From an uncultured Pseudomonadota bacterium (GTDB lineage: Bacteria > Vulcanimicrobiota > Vulcanimicrobiia > Eremiobacterales > Eremiobacteraceae): 64,000 nucleotides of DNA. Every line of letters starts with the position of its first letter. Positions within the stretch are counted from its first letter, which is position 1. Shown here piece after piece: positions 9,466 to 19,489 of this stretch. The stretch is from positions 96,001-160,000 of the forward strand of contig CAVTNB010000001.1 of NCBI GenBank assembly GCA_963736005.1. Reading direction: 5' to 3'. The position numbers were made by a program, and so were the translations under genes. The notes beneath the pieces were generated by a model. It had not been told where the DNA came from. It saw only the letters and a program-made list of their open reading frames with translations, and searched no databases.

Positions 9466-10980
9466 ATGCCGTTTCAAATTTTCGTTTCCTACGCGCGCAA
9501 CGACGACTTACCGCCCTTAGACGGCGAGGGTAAAGGCTTTGTCACAACGCTTCTGAAGCATTTGGAGTTTCACTTCACATCCTTCGGTGAGCCCACCCCC
9601 ATCATTTGGCGCGATAGGCGAGCCATCGCTCGCAGCGAGCAATTCGACCCCATCATTGAAAAGGGTATCAACGACTCGCACTTACTACTCGTCGTGCTCT
9701 CCAACAACTGGATTCACCGCGAGTTTTGCCGCCGGGAACTCGAGCTTTTTTCCCAGCGCTGGCGCAGCGAGGGAGAAGGGGCTGTAAAACAGCGGATCAT
9801 TGTTGTGGGCAAGAATCACATCGAACCCTCTGCGCGGCCTCCTCTCTTGCAAGGCCAAGAGGGCTATCTGTACTACGCTCCGGACGAAGACAATCCAAGC
9901 CGATTTCGAGAGTTTTTTGTGCGCGGAAAAGCGCGCGAAGAGTTTCACGATCGAACGCAAGAGCTTGCCGAAGATATTTGGCGGCGGGCCTGCGAGCATG
10001 AACAGCTGCCGATGCCCGATTCGACGGGACCTTCGTGGACGCCGATTTCGTCGAGCGGGCGCAAAATTTATCTCGCCAAGCCTGCTGCTGACATGCGCCC
10101 GGCATACGCGCGCTTAGTTGACGAGCTGCGCCAACGCGGCTACATTGTCGAACCGAAACCGGACGCCGAGATGCCGTCTGACGCGAGCGCAAAGGAATTT
10201 ATTCGAGGCGCGCTCGCCGGCACAGAGCTATCGATTCACCTGCTTGGTGAAAAGGCTGGTTGGACCCCCGAGGACTGCGAACCGATTATTCCATTGCAGC
10301 TCAAGATGGCGTCCGATGCGCAGTCGCGGCGTATCATTTGGGCGCCGCGAATACTCGTAGAGGAGCACTCTCAAGCTGCCGAGGGCACCGCGCGCGATCC
10401 TTTTGCCGTTCTTGCCAAGTTCGATCGCAAGCTCGACAGCGACACAGTCGATGGCAGCGAGATCAGCGCCTTCGCGCAGTTCGTCATCCAGCATCTCGAC
10501 AAAAACGTGCCTCCAGTTCCGGACATAGAGGCCATAGAGCCGAATGCGCGCGTCTACCTCTATCACCGGCCGGAGGACACACACTATGCAGTTGAAATCG
10601 CAAAGGCGTTGGCGCAGCGCGGTATCCAGCCGGTCTTTCCGGCCTTTGAGGGCGATCCGGCCGAGCTCGCTGCGCTCCATCGCCAGGAACTCGCCGAGTG
10701 TGATGCCGTCGTATTGTGTTGGGCAAATGCCGCGGAGGTGTGGGTAAAAAGCCAGGCTCGCGAACTCAAAAACTGGCGCGATCTCGGTCGAGACAAAAGG
10801 TTTGCATGCCGCGGTTTGGTGGCTGGACCGCCTCCAGGCCAACGCAAGGACCTGCTTGTGCAACTCCCGCCGCGCAACGAGATCGACGTCGTGGTCGATC
10901 TCACCGGCTCCGAAACTCTCGTTCCTGAGGCGCTTGACCCTCTGATCCGCGCAACCCAACCGCCCAAGGACGCGGCCTAA
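9466..10980 (+). CDS. TIR-domain protein with two additional TIR/DUF4062-like folds
   Basis: IFVSYARND..IWRDR..LLVVLSNNW..FCRREL (TIR_2-like, Glu retained); KIYLA..SIHLLGEKAG; RVYLYH..CDAVVLCW. Confidence 0.85.
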   Translation: MPFQIFVSYARNDDLPPLDGEGKGFVTTLLKHLEFHFTSFGEPTPIIWRDRRAIARSEQFDPIIEKGINDSHLLLVVLSNNWIHREFCRRELELFSQRWRSEGEGAVKQRIIVVGKNHIEPSARPPLLQGQEGYLYYAPDEDNPSRFREFFVRGKAREEFHDRTQELAEDIWRRACEHEQLPMPDSTGPSWTPISSSGRKIYLAKPAADMRPAYARLVDELRQRGYIVEPKPDAEMPSDASAKEFIRGALAGTELSIHLLGEKAGWTPEDCEPIIPLQLKMASDAQSRRIIWAPRILVEEHSQAAEGTARDPFAVLAKFDRKLDSDTVDGSEISAFAQFVIQHLDKNVPPVPDIEAIEPNARVYLYHRPEDTHYAVEIAKALAQRGIQPVFPAFEGDPAELAALHRQELAECDAVVLCWANAAEVWVKSQARELKNWRDLGRDKRFACRGLVAGPPPGQRKDLLVQLPPRNEIDVVVDLTGSETLVPEALDPLIRATQPPKDAA

Positions 10981-10983
10981 GAA

Positions 10984-13900
10984 ATGCGCCCGTTCCCGGG
11001 GCTTCGACCCTTTGACTTTGAGGATCGCGATTTCTTCTTCGGCCGTGAAGACCAAATCTATTCGCTGTACCGCCTGTTAGAGCACAGTCGCTTCATTGCC
11101 GTGGTTGGCAGCTCGGGAAGTGGAAAGTCGTCACTGGTTCGTGCTGGACTCCTACCGGTCATTGATGAAGAAAGCCAGGGCCAAGGCGGGCGAAAGTGGC
11201 GCTTTGCTACATTGCATCCGGGGGACGCGCCAATAAAGGCGCTGGCTTCTGCCGTCACATCGCTTGCCCAGGACAGCGGTGAAGACTCCGAAATTCGCCA
11301 CGAGCGTACGCTCTTTACCCTACGGCGCTCGAGCTTCGGCCTCGCCAAAGCACTAGACGAAGTTCCAAACCTTACCGGTAAGTCTGTGTTGCTCGTCGTT
11401 GATCAGTTCGAGGAGCTCTTCAGGTATGCCACAAGCTCAGCGCGCGACCGGGTGGCAGGTGCACTGTGGCGCGACGAGGCCACGAACTTCGTTCAGCTTT
11501 TGCTGGAAGCAACGCGTAGCCGATCCAGTTCCGTATACCTGTTGATCACGATGCGCTCGGATTTCATCGGCGACTGCTCGCAATTCCATGGCTTGCCCGA
11601 GGCGGTGAGCGCAGCACAGTTTCTTGTCCCATCTTTGACTCGCGATCAGCGCGAAGACGTTATCCGCAAGCCGGTTGAAAAAGCTGGCGCTAGCATTGAT
11701 TCGACCCTCGTTGAGGTACTCTTGAACGACGCCGGCAGTGAGATGGACCAGCTTCCGGTCTTGCAGCATTGCCTAGCGCGCTTGTGGGATCGAGCCAAAG
11801 CTGCGAGTGATGATGACGCGAGCCGTCATCTCGGGCTTACCGAATATCGCGCTCTTGGGGGCATCTCGGGCGCACTCTCACAACATGCTGACGAGGTCAT
11901 GGCTTCCCTGCCTGGGCTCGAGCTCGCGGTTGAACAGATCTTCCGCGCGCTCAGCGAAATCGACAAGGAGGGTCGCGCTACTCGCAGAGCGTTGCCGTAC
12001 TCGAGCCTCCTGGCGGAAACTGGAGTTGGCAAGCGCGACCTGGTACGCGTGCTCGATCGTTTCCGTGCCGACGACTGTTCCTTTCTCTTGCCGTCTCTTT
12101 CGGCGGTGCCGCTGCTTCTCGGCGACACACGAGTTGATGTGGTTCACGAGGCGCTGTTGCGGCGCTGGGAGCGCATTAGCGCAGAGCAACCACACATTCT
12201 CGACGGACGGATGCAAACTGGATGGCTTGCTGCGGAAGCCGCCGATGGGAGATTTTACCGGGCACTGCTTGCGTTGCTGGAAACCGAATCTGCGTCCAAT
12301 GCGGTAACCCTGCCGCTCGACCAAGTCGAAGCTCGTTGGCACTGGTGGAAATCGCGTCCGCGAACGGAGGCTTGGGCCGAGCGCTACGGTGGCCGCCTCG
12401 CGAGCGTTGAGAAGTTGTTCCAAGACAGTCTGGCGGCACTCGCGGCCGATCGAGCGCGCCAAGAGGAAGCGGAACGCCGCGAACGCGAGCAAGAGCGTCG
12501 CAAGATCGAAGCGGAAGAAGCGGCAAAGCGCGAGCGGTTGCAGCATGAAGCTGAAGTCGATCGGATGCGTGCAGAATCTGCGCAACGGCTGACCCACCGC
12601 ACTCGGATCGCAGCCTTCGCAATGTCCCTTGTCGCTCTCCTCGCGGTAGTCTTGGCGGTGTTTGCTTGGCATCAAAAGCAAGTGGCCGATGAAAAGACTT
12701 TTATAGCGATCGCTGCAACCGGTAAAGCCGGTACAGCAACCAAAATCGCACAGCAACAAAAGAAGCGCGCTGACAGAGAGGCGAATATAGCAACCACAAA
12801 AGCACAGCTCGCTGCGGTGAGCGCAGAGCATGCAATGGTTGAAACCAAGCTTGCCAAGGCAGCCCTCGCAAAAGCTCAGCAACAAAGTGAGTTGGCAGTT
12901 CAGCAGCGGAAGCTTGCAGACCAGCAGCGCACGATTGCACAAAATCGGACGGAGCAGGCCCTCACTGCACGCTCCCAAGTTTTTCTGCAAAGAGGTCGAC
13001 AGGCGCTGCTCGACGGCGATGACAACGACGCAGCTCTTTTGCTCGCCGCCGCGTACAGCGGCGACTCGCAGAATCCGGTTTTGCAGCTCTTGCTACAGCA
13101 AGCACTTGAGAAGCTGCAGATCCGGCCCAAACCCATTAGCGCTCACGATGACCTCATCACGGCGCTGGCATTCAACCCCGATAAGAACGAAGACCAGATT
13201 GCGACGGCGAGCACCGACGGTTCGGTTAAACTTTGGAGCGGCACTGGTCGTTTGATCCACGAGTTTCGAGATCAGAAGGATCTCATCACCGCACTCGCTT
13301 TCGATCCTTCCGGGCGATACCTTGTCAGTGTTGGTCGCGATGGATCTGCTAAGCTCCACGATCTTGCGGGTGTGACCCTTGGCTCCGATCCGCCAGCAAT
13401 AGCCCTGCTTGATGTGAAGGACCAACTCGAAGGCCATGTCGGGCGCGTCAATTCGGTTATCTTTAGTCATAGCGGCACGCGCATCCTGACGTCGGGCAGC
13501 GACGGCATGGTCAAAGTCTGGAACGCGACGAACGGCAAAATGCTTACGGAGTGGAATGGAGCGGCACTAGGTGTTGGAATCAACGACGCGTCGTTTAGCC
13601 GGGACGATCGGATTGTCGCCGCATGCGCCGCCGACGGTTCGCTCACGGTTTGGAATTCGGATACGGGCGCTCAGATTGGGTCGACAACCGTGTCGTCGAA
13701 AAGCCCGCTTGTCCATATCGCCATCTCCCCCAGTGGGAAAAGCGTAGTTGCGGGAGCACTCGACGGGACGATTTTATCTTTCGATGTTGATACCAAGCAA
13801 TCGAACGAGTTGCACTATCAACATGCTGCAATTAACGCAGTTTCATTCGATATGACCGGCGAGCGCGTTGTGAGTGCGAGCGACGACGGAACGATCCTTC

Positions 13901-15336
13901 TCCTCGATGCCGCAAGCGGCGAGCCGCAGAAAATCTTGCCAGCAAGGCCGGGTACGCCCGCAGCGTTAACTGCCTCATTTAACCCTTCAAGTAACGGCTT
14001 TGAGACAACGTACGCGGACGGCTCCGTCAATTTCTGGACGCAGGAGGGCGATCCGATCGCTGTGTTGCGCACACCTACGGGCGAAGCGGTCGTCGCGAGT
14101 TTTTCTCCGGATGGGAGTGTCCTCGCGACTGGCAGCGAGCATGGCAAAGTGTACCTGTGGCAGTTGCCTGCTGCGATAGCGCGGAATGACTTCTCGCATC
14201 GCGGGGCGATCGATTCAATTGAGTTCGATCGCGCTGGCCGCAGCATGCTGACGGCCAGTCAAGATGGGACTGCAGCGCTGTGGCGAGTCGAGCGAGAGCT
14301 CCGGATGCAGCGCGTCTTGCCTCACACACCTGGTCAGGCATGGGTCGTTGCCGCGCACTTCAGCGCTGACAGCCGGCGCATCGTCACAGCCGGCGGCGAC
14401 GCTGTGAAAATCTGGGACACCACATCAGTAGGTGCGCGCCCATTGACTACTATTCGCACAACGGGGCCGCTGAAGCGTTTTACGCAGGCCGCCTTCGTCG
14501 GGCGAAGCCACAACGTCATTGTTGCGCAAACCGATACGAGCCTGACCTCTCCTGTTTACAAGACGAATGGGTGGACGGTGTGGTCGGGCGACGGCGTAAG
14601 ACTCTTCAAGGAACCTGGCTGGCTAACAGGTATCCGGGAATTGGACCTAACGGACGACGGTAATTTCGTGCTTTCGATCAGCGCAAATGGATATGCGTTC
14701 TTTTGTCCGACAGACGGCGCGGATAGTTGTCGGGAGTGGACGAGTGCATCGGAGGGCATTTCGGCCCGCGACCGCTTTGTGGTAGGCGGAGCTGGAGGAG
14801 GGATTCACGTTGTTGACCGGGATGGCAATGAGATAAGCCATTGGTCGAGCGACGACAAGCGCGTCTTGGCCTTCGCGATCTCCGCAGATGACAAATGGCT
14901 TGCATCCGGCGGTACGGGAGGGTCGCCTGGGGCGATATGGGATCTTGCACAACATGGACAGCGGCACGTGCCCCTAGGAGGCGGTGCGGGTGAAATTGAG
15001 TCGGCAGCATTCTCGCCAGGCAGCGGGGTCTTTCTTTTGGGGACTGCCTCCGATGGAACCGCAAAGCTTTGGGATCGTGAGTCCGGAAATCTCGTTGCCT
15101 CGGTGTCCGTTCCGGGATCGCGTGCGACCGCTGCAACTTTCACGCCCGATGGTTCTGCAGTCGTCATTGGTGCGCAAAATGGAGGCATCTTCATCTGGCC
15201 TATTCTTGGACGCCTTTCCAATCCACACGATGTTGCAAAGCGCGTGCTTCGTGAGACCGATCGTTCGGGTCTTTCCGATCCGTTGGTAAGCCAAGCAATC
15301 GGCGTCTTACAACAGGCAGCACGAAATGGACAGTAG
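10984..15336 (+). CDS. STAND (nSTAND1-like) NTPase, coiled coil, single TM helix, C-terminal WD40 repeats
   Basis: PFPGLRPF..FFGRE, Walker A GSSGSGKSSL, Walker B LLVVDQFEELF, MRSDF, LPVLQHCL, VHEALLRRW; TM at 12607-12669; many SxDGxxxxW WD40 repeats. Confidence 0.92.
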   Translation: MRPFPGLRPFDFEDRDFFFGREDQIYSLYRLLEHSRFIAVVGSSGSGKSSLVRAGLLPVIDEESQGQGGRKWRFATLHPGDAPIKALASAVTSLAQDSGEDSEIRHERTLFTLRRSSFGLAKALDEVPNLTGKSVLLVVDQFEELFRYATSSARDRVAGALWRDEATNFVQLLLEATRSRSSSVYLLITMRSDFIGDCSQFHGLPEAVSAAQFLVPSLTRDQREDVIRKPVEKAGASIDSTLVEVLLNDAGSEMDQLPVLQHCLARLWDRAKAASDDDASRHLGLTEYRALGGISGALSQHADEVMASLPGLELAVEQIFRALSEIDKEGRATRRALPYSSLLAETGVGKRDLVRVLDRFRADDCSFLLPSLSAVPLLLGDTRVDVVHEALLRRWERISAEQPHILDGRMQTGWLAAEAADGRFYRALLALLETESASNAVTLPLDQVEARWHWWKSRPRTEAWAERYGGRLASVEKLFQDSLAALAADRARQEEAERREREQERRKIEAEEAAKRERLQHEAEVDRMRAESAQRLTHRTRIAAFAMSLVALLAVVLAVFAWHQKQVADEKTFIAIAATGKAGTATKIAQQQKKRADREANIATTKAQLAAVSAEHAMVETKLAKAALAKAQQQSELAVQQRKLADQQRTIAQNRTEQALTARSQVFLQRGRQALLDGDDNDAALLLAAAYSGDSQNPVLQLLLQQALEKLQIRPKPISAHDDLITALAFNPDKNEDQIATASTDGSVKLWSGTGRLIHEFRDQKDLITALAFDPSGRYLVSVGRDGSAKLHDLAGVTLGSDPPAIALLDVKDQLEGHVGRVNSVIFSHSGTRILTSGSDGMVKVWNATNGKMLTEWNGAALGVGINDASFSRDDRIVAACAADGSLTVWNSDTGAQIGSTTVSSKSPLVHIAISPSGKSVVAGALDGTILSFDVDTKQSNELHYQHAAINAVSFDMTGERVVSASDDGTILLLDAASGEPQKILPARPGTPAALTASFNPSSNGFETTYADGSVNFWTQEGDPIAVLRTPTGEAVVASFSPDGSVLATGSEHGKVYLWQLPAAIARNDFSHRGAIDSIEFDRAGRSMLTASQDGTAALWRVERELRMQRVLPHTPGQAWVVAAHFSADSRRIVTAGGDAVKIWDTTSVGARPLTTIRTTGPLKRFTQAAFVGRSHNVIVAQTDTSLTSPVYKTNGWTVWSGDGVRLFKEPGWLTGIRELDLTDDGNFVLSISANGYAFFCPTDGADSCREWTSASEGISARDRFVVGGAGGGIHVVDRDGNEISHWSSDDKRVLAFAISADDKWLASGGTGGSPGAIWDLAQHGQRHVPLGGGAGEIESAAFSPGSGVFLLGTASDGTAKLWDRESGNLVASVSVPGSRATAATFTPDGSAVVIGAQNGGIFIWPILGRLSNPHDVAKRVLRETDRSGLSDPLVSQAIGVLQQAARNGQ

Positions 15337-17044
15337 GCAACTTCAGCTTGCGATCGTTCAAATTGTGTGTGCGCTGCTTGCATCTTTGCTGGTCGTCGCG
15401 CCCGCACGCGCAGAAAAAGTTTCCTTTGACGTCACAACGTATGGCGATTTTCACATCAACTTTATCGATATACGTACGCAAGGTGGCCTTGGTATGGGAA
15501 TATCGCGTGTCTACAATTCTCTCGATAACGACAGAACAGGCAGATTCGGCAATGGCTGGAGCGCGCAAGCTGAAACCTACGTGACCGTCGAAGCTGACGG
15601 TTCTATCGTCATTCACGAATATGGTGGCGGTGCCAACAACGCCTTCCAGCCGACAACGCTGAGCCGTCGCGCATCAACGGACATCCTGAATGAGATCATG
15701 CGAGCAGCCGAAGAAACTGGTAAATTTGGCAGCGATGCTGATAGATTGGCATATCGCCAGTGGCTGGAGACCGACGACAACGAAGAATACGCGTGGGAGA
15801 ATTTTGCTAGCCTCGGCTTAGTGAGGCAACAAGATCCGCCAATCGGAGAAACGTTTTTTAGCGGCCGCTTCGATACGGAGTTCGTTACTCGGGTTCCCGA
15901 AGGTTATCAGCGGGAAATGAAATATACCGGCGGGGTCTTATTTCAGGCCTTTAATTTTGGGGGGCGGCTTACTCGCTACTGGGATACGAATCACAATTTT
16001 ATCGCCTTAAGCTACGGACAAGATGGTAACATTCAGGAAGCATTGGACAACGAAGGCGACCGATTCGCGTTTTCGACTAAAAACGGTCTCGTCGCTCGCG
16101 TGAACGATCCTCCTGACCACTTGGTGCTCTATGACTACAAGACCTCGAATGTTCCCTATAGCGGTTACGACCTCACATCGGTGACCGTGGATGGCAAGAA
16201 GACGCGTTATGACTACGATCGAAACGACAGAATCATCGCCATCTGGTATCCTGATAGCACGTCGATGCACATTACCTACGATCAAACCGGTAAGGCAACG
16301 AGCGTGAAAGATACAGACGGTACTATGACTACCTACAGTTACACGACCCGCAGAACTCAAATGATCGACGTCTCTACTTTCGAGGAAGACATACACAAGT
16401 CGAACGGCGAGATCCACCGCGATACATTCCAGTCGTTTTATGACCCTCCCGATTACTACAAGGATAAAGAAATCGAAACGGATGACGGAGTGGTGGTAAA
16501 AACAACAACCTATAATTCTAATGGTGATGAATTAACGAGCACAACAGCAAAAGGCAGCACTGAGTACGGATATGATTCGCTAGATCGCGAGATACTTGAA
16601 AAGGAGCCGACGGGCAGGACGCTCACATGGCAGTATGATCCTGCCACCGGCAGTGTCTCGGTTACCAACGAAACGGATAAGAATTCCGTTCTCACCGAAC
16701 ACTTTGAATATGACCCTCGAGGCAACCTCGCGCGGGCCTACGACAACGATGGACATGATTTTACCATCAACCATGATGAGCATGGGCGAATCGCCTCTGT
16801 AAGCGGCACGCTCCATCTGAGCTTTCAGTATCCCAATGGTCGCGCGCCAAATCCGACCACTGTGGCGCTCGATGGAGTTGATTCGGTGGGCATTTCATAT
16901 CTCCCAAACGGTGACGTAGAGAAAGCGCAGAGTCTTGGAGGCGCTGTCGTCGTCGATAAGGTCAGAGTAGCGCTCAAAACCGTGGATGACCTCATTTCAG
17001 ATGCCGGCTTCGACGTAGTCACGTTGCCCGCGACTAGCAAATAA
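15326..17044 (+). CDS. Exported YD/RHS-repeat protein (DUF6531-like N-terminus) without toxin tip
   Basis: Signal peptide ending ARA, RVYNS..GRFGNGW motif, repeated YxYD units; overlaps STAND stop by 11 nt. Confidence 0.85.
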   Translation: MDSRQLQLAIVQIVCALLASLLVVAPARAEKVSFDVTTYGDFHINFIDIRTQGGLGMGISRVYNSLDNDRTGRFGNGWSAQAETYVTVEADGSIVIHEYGGGANNAFQPTTLSRRASTDILNEIMRAAEETGKFGSDADRLAYRQWLETDDNEEYAWENFASLGLVRQQDPPIGETFFSGRFDTEFVTRVPEGYQREMKYTGGVLFQAFNFGGRLTRYWDTNHNFIALSYGQDGNIQEALDNEGDRFAFSTKNGLVARVNDPPDHLVLYDYKTSNVPYSGYDLTSVTVDGKKTRYDYDRNDRIIAIWYPDSTSMHITYDQTGKATSVKDTDGTMTTYSYTTRRTQMIDVSTFEEDIHKSNGEIHRDTFQSFYDPPDYYKDKEIETDDGVVVKTTTYNSNGDELTSTTAKGSTEYGYDSLDREILEKEPTGRTLTWQYDPATGSVSVTNETDKNSVLTEHFEYDPRGNLARAYDNDGHDFTINHDEHGRIASVSGTLHLSFQYPNGRAPNPTTVALDGVDSVGISYLPNGDVEKAQSLGGAVVVDKVRVALKTVDDLISDAGFDVVTLPATSK

Positions 17045-17122
17045 CGCCGACGCCTCAGCCCAGCCTTATTTCCCCGTAAAGGAGGCGTTCGTGAAGTTTT
17101 TGATTGGCGTAAGTCAGGCCTC

Positions 17123-19489
17123 GTGAACGCGTGTCGCCGCTGGTCTTGGGTCGTCTTTTCGTTCATGCTTTGCGTGACCGCAACAAGCGTTGCACTGGCA
17201 GCCCCTGGTACCCAGTTGAGCGTGATTGTCATCGATGCATCGAACAAACCCGTTTCGAACGCAGTACTGGAACTGACGCTGCTGTCGCACGTATCCGGCG
17301 AGCGTGAGGCACAGATTCAACGGGTTGGATGCGATCGTGATGGCCGGTGCATCGCAGACAACTTAACACCTGCGAACTACGCCGTTCGGATATTGTACGA
17401 CGGCAACGCAGCATCGTTGAAATACCCGATATCGTTGTCCTCCGCACGTCAAAATCTTGTGATTCGCATAATTGGCGCAAGCGCAGCGGAAGTTGTTTCT
17501 TTGGGCGTTGTGCGCGTCGCGCCAACCGGCGGGCTCTCAACCGGGTCGGCGCCCAGTGTCGAGTTGAACTCGCAGTCGCTTGCTCGGCGAGGGGAGCTCA
17601 ATGTCGCGAACGCCCTCGCAGCCGTTCCTGGTGTGACGCTGAACCGTCCAAACGGAGGCTCATCAGCGCTGCCGGTGAGCGTGATGATTCGAGGAGACGA
17701 TCCTAAGGAGGCAGTCGTTGAACTCGATGGTAACCCTATCAACAGCGGAAACAGCGGGGATTTCGATCTTTCGTTGCTCGATCCAGCGGCTTTTCAAAGC
17801 GTGCAGATCGTCTATGGCTTAGCCCCCGCGTCCTTAGTGGGTGCCAATACCGAGGGTGGCACCGTCAACTTTCAAACGCTGCAGCCAACGCTGACTCCAC
17901 ATGGGTTGTTGAGCTACTCGAATGGCAGCTTCGTAACCAATAACTATACTCTTGCGGACACGGGCACGGCCGATCATTTTGGGTACGCCGTTGAGCTGCA
18001 GAGTTTCCATCAACAGGGCGAAGTGAGTTCCTTTCCCATTCTAAACACGGCCACTGGCGCGCAGCAAAATCTCGGCAGCGGAATCTCGGGCTCAAATGCA
18101 CTTGCAAAGTTGACGGATGACTTGCCGCACGACGGCGTCGTTCAAGTTTCGGTTCTAACGAGTGGATACGATGAAGATATTTCCGCTGCACTAAGCAGCC
18201 CGCTGAGTCCGTTTGACTCAAGTCCTGGCGCCCCGTTTACAAGCTATGCGGGCTCGGAACGGAACGACGTCAACACATTTTATTCTGGCAACGTGCGGCT
18301 GCCGCTCGGACCTCCGAGCGCCGACGGTGAAGTGCCGTCCTTCCTCACGGCAAGCTACATGTTTGCTAACTCTCGCCAGAACGTGAGTGGCCCCGCTTTA
18401 GGTCTAAGCGAATACCTGCTCAATACGACAGATCTGCTCAGGGACTACAGCCTGGAGTACGACCGGGTGCTCCCGGACGCGCAGCTAACCCTGGCTGCCA
18501 GGGCTCAAGGCGAGACGCTTACAGCTCCGGACGATTTCGGTTCCGGCGCGCCTTCGCAAGCGCAAACCAACCACACGTTTATTGCCCGATATACTTGGTC
18601 CGGCGGCAGCCGCCTTGAGTATACTGCCGTTGGCTATCTGAGCTTGTTTAGCACGTTCGGTTCGAGCTTCAATCCGAGAGGCGCGATTGTTTGGCGTCCG
18701 CATTGGCGAACCGTCATGCGCGCATCCGTCGGAACCGGATTTCAAGCACCGTTACTTTCAGAAAAAATCGTTCCGTCTCCGCTTCCACCGCCTGATGCTA
18801 ATGGGCTGATACAGGTGGGTAACCCCAACCTCACGGCGGACCATACTTTGGAATTTGAGTTAGACGGAGGTCAGATGTTGGGTTTAGGCCCGCACGCGGC
18901 AAGCGCTGAGCTTGATCTGTATCGCGTCGATCAAAAAGATGATGACATTCAATTCATTCCAACGGGTGCTTCGCCAACAAACCCCAAGCTAAGCTATCCG
19001 ATCAACATTGCCAATTCGATCTGGCAGGGACTAGCTCTCAGCTTGACGGCCCCTTTTGGACGCGGCTTTGAAACGAAGCTGTCCTACAACATCAATCAGG
19101 GATATCCGTTGACTTTGCCGCAGTCGCTAGCCGGCTCTGCCGGTAACCTCGTACCTTACGAGCAGTTTCAAGGAGTTCCGCTTCATCGCGCCGCGCTGTC
19201 TGTTGAAGAGTCTATTGGAAGATTCTCATGGCTCATTGGCTCGGCATACGAGGGGACCAACAACGACTTAAATCAGCCGGCGTTTGCCACCCTGCAGGCG
19301 AACGCTCAGTACACTTTCGGCCACACATCGCTAACCGTTGCTGGCACGAACTTGACCGGTGTTTACGACGGAAAGTTCACGTTGATAAATGCCGGAACTC
19401 CATATCCTGGTTTGATGGGTCCGCTTCTTGCGGACGCATATCAACTGCAAGGTCCAGCAATCACGGCAACAGTCGAGCAGCACTGGTAA
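17123..19489 (+). CDS. TonB-dependent receptor with N-terminal carboxypeptidase-regulatory-like domain; true start may be 17091
   Basis: Signal peptide, plug motifs (LAAVPGV, IRG, DGNPI, GGTVNF), GNPNLT, C-terminal aromatic residue. Confidence 0.88.
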   Translation: MNACRRWSWVVFSFMLCVTATSVALAAPGTQLSVIVIDASNKPVSNAVLELTLLSHVSGEREAQIQRVGCDRDGRCIADNLTPANYAVRILYDGNAASLKYPISLSSARQNLVIRIIGASAAEVVSLGVVRVAPTGGLSTGSAPSVELNSQSLARRGELNVANALAAVPGVTLNRPNGGSSALPVSVMIRGDDPKEAVVELDGNPINSGNSGDFDLSLLDPAAFQSVQIVYGLAPASLVGANTEGGTVNFQTLQPTLTPHGLLSYSNGSFVTNNYTLADTGTADHFGYAVELQSFHQQGEVSSFPILNTATGAQQNLGSGISGSNALAKLTDDLPHDGVVQVSVLTSGYDEDISAALSSPLSPFDSSPGAPFTSYAGSERNDVNTFYSGNVRLPLGPPSADGEVPSFLTASYMFANSRQNVSGPALGLSEYLLNTTDLLRDYSLEYDRVLPDAQLTLAARAQGETLTAPDDFGSGAPSQAQTNHTFIARYTWSGGSRLEYTAVGYLSLFSTFGSSFNPRGAIVWRPHWRTVMRASVGTGFQAPLLSEKIVPSPLPPPDANGLIQVGNPNLTADHTLEFELDGGQMLGLGPHAASAELDLYRVDQKDDDIQFIPTGASPTNPKLSYPINIANSIWQGLALSLTAPFGRGFETKLSYNINQGYPLTLPQSLAGSAGNLVPYEQFQGVPLHRAALSVEESIGRFSWLIGSAYEGTNNDLNQPAFATLQANAQYTFGHTSLTVAGTNLTGVYDGKFTLINAGTPYPGLMGPLLADAYQLQGPAITATVEQHW

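Noticed and set aside
15326..17044. YD protein as an Rhs polymorphic toxin
   Set aside because: No RHS-core cleavage motif, no toxin tip and no immunity gene.
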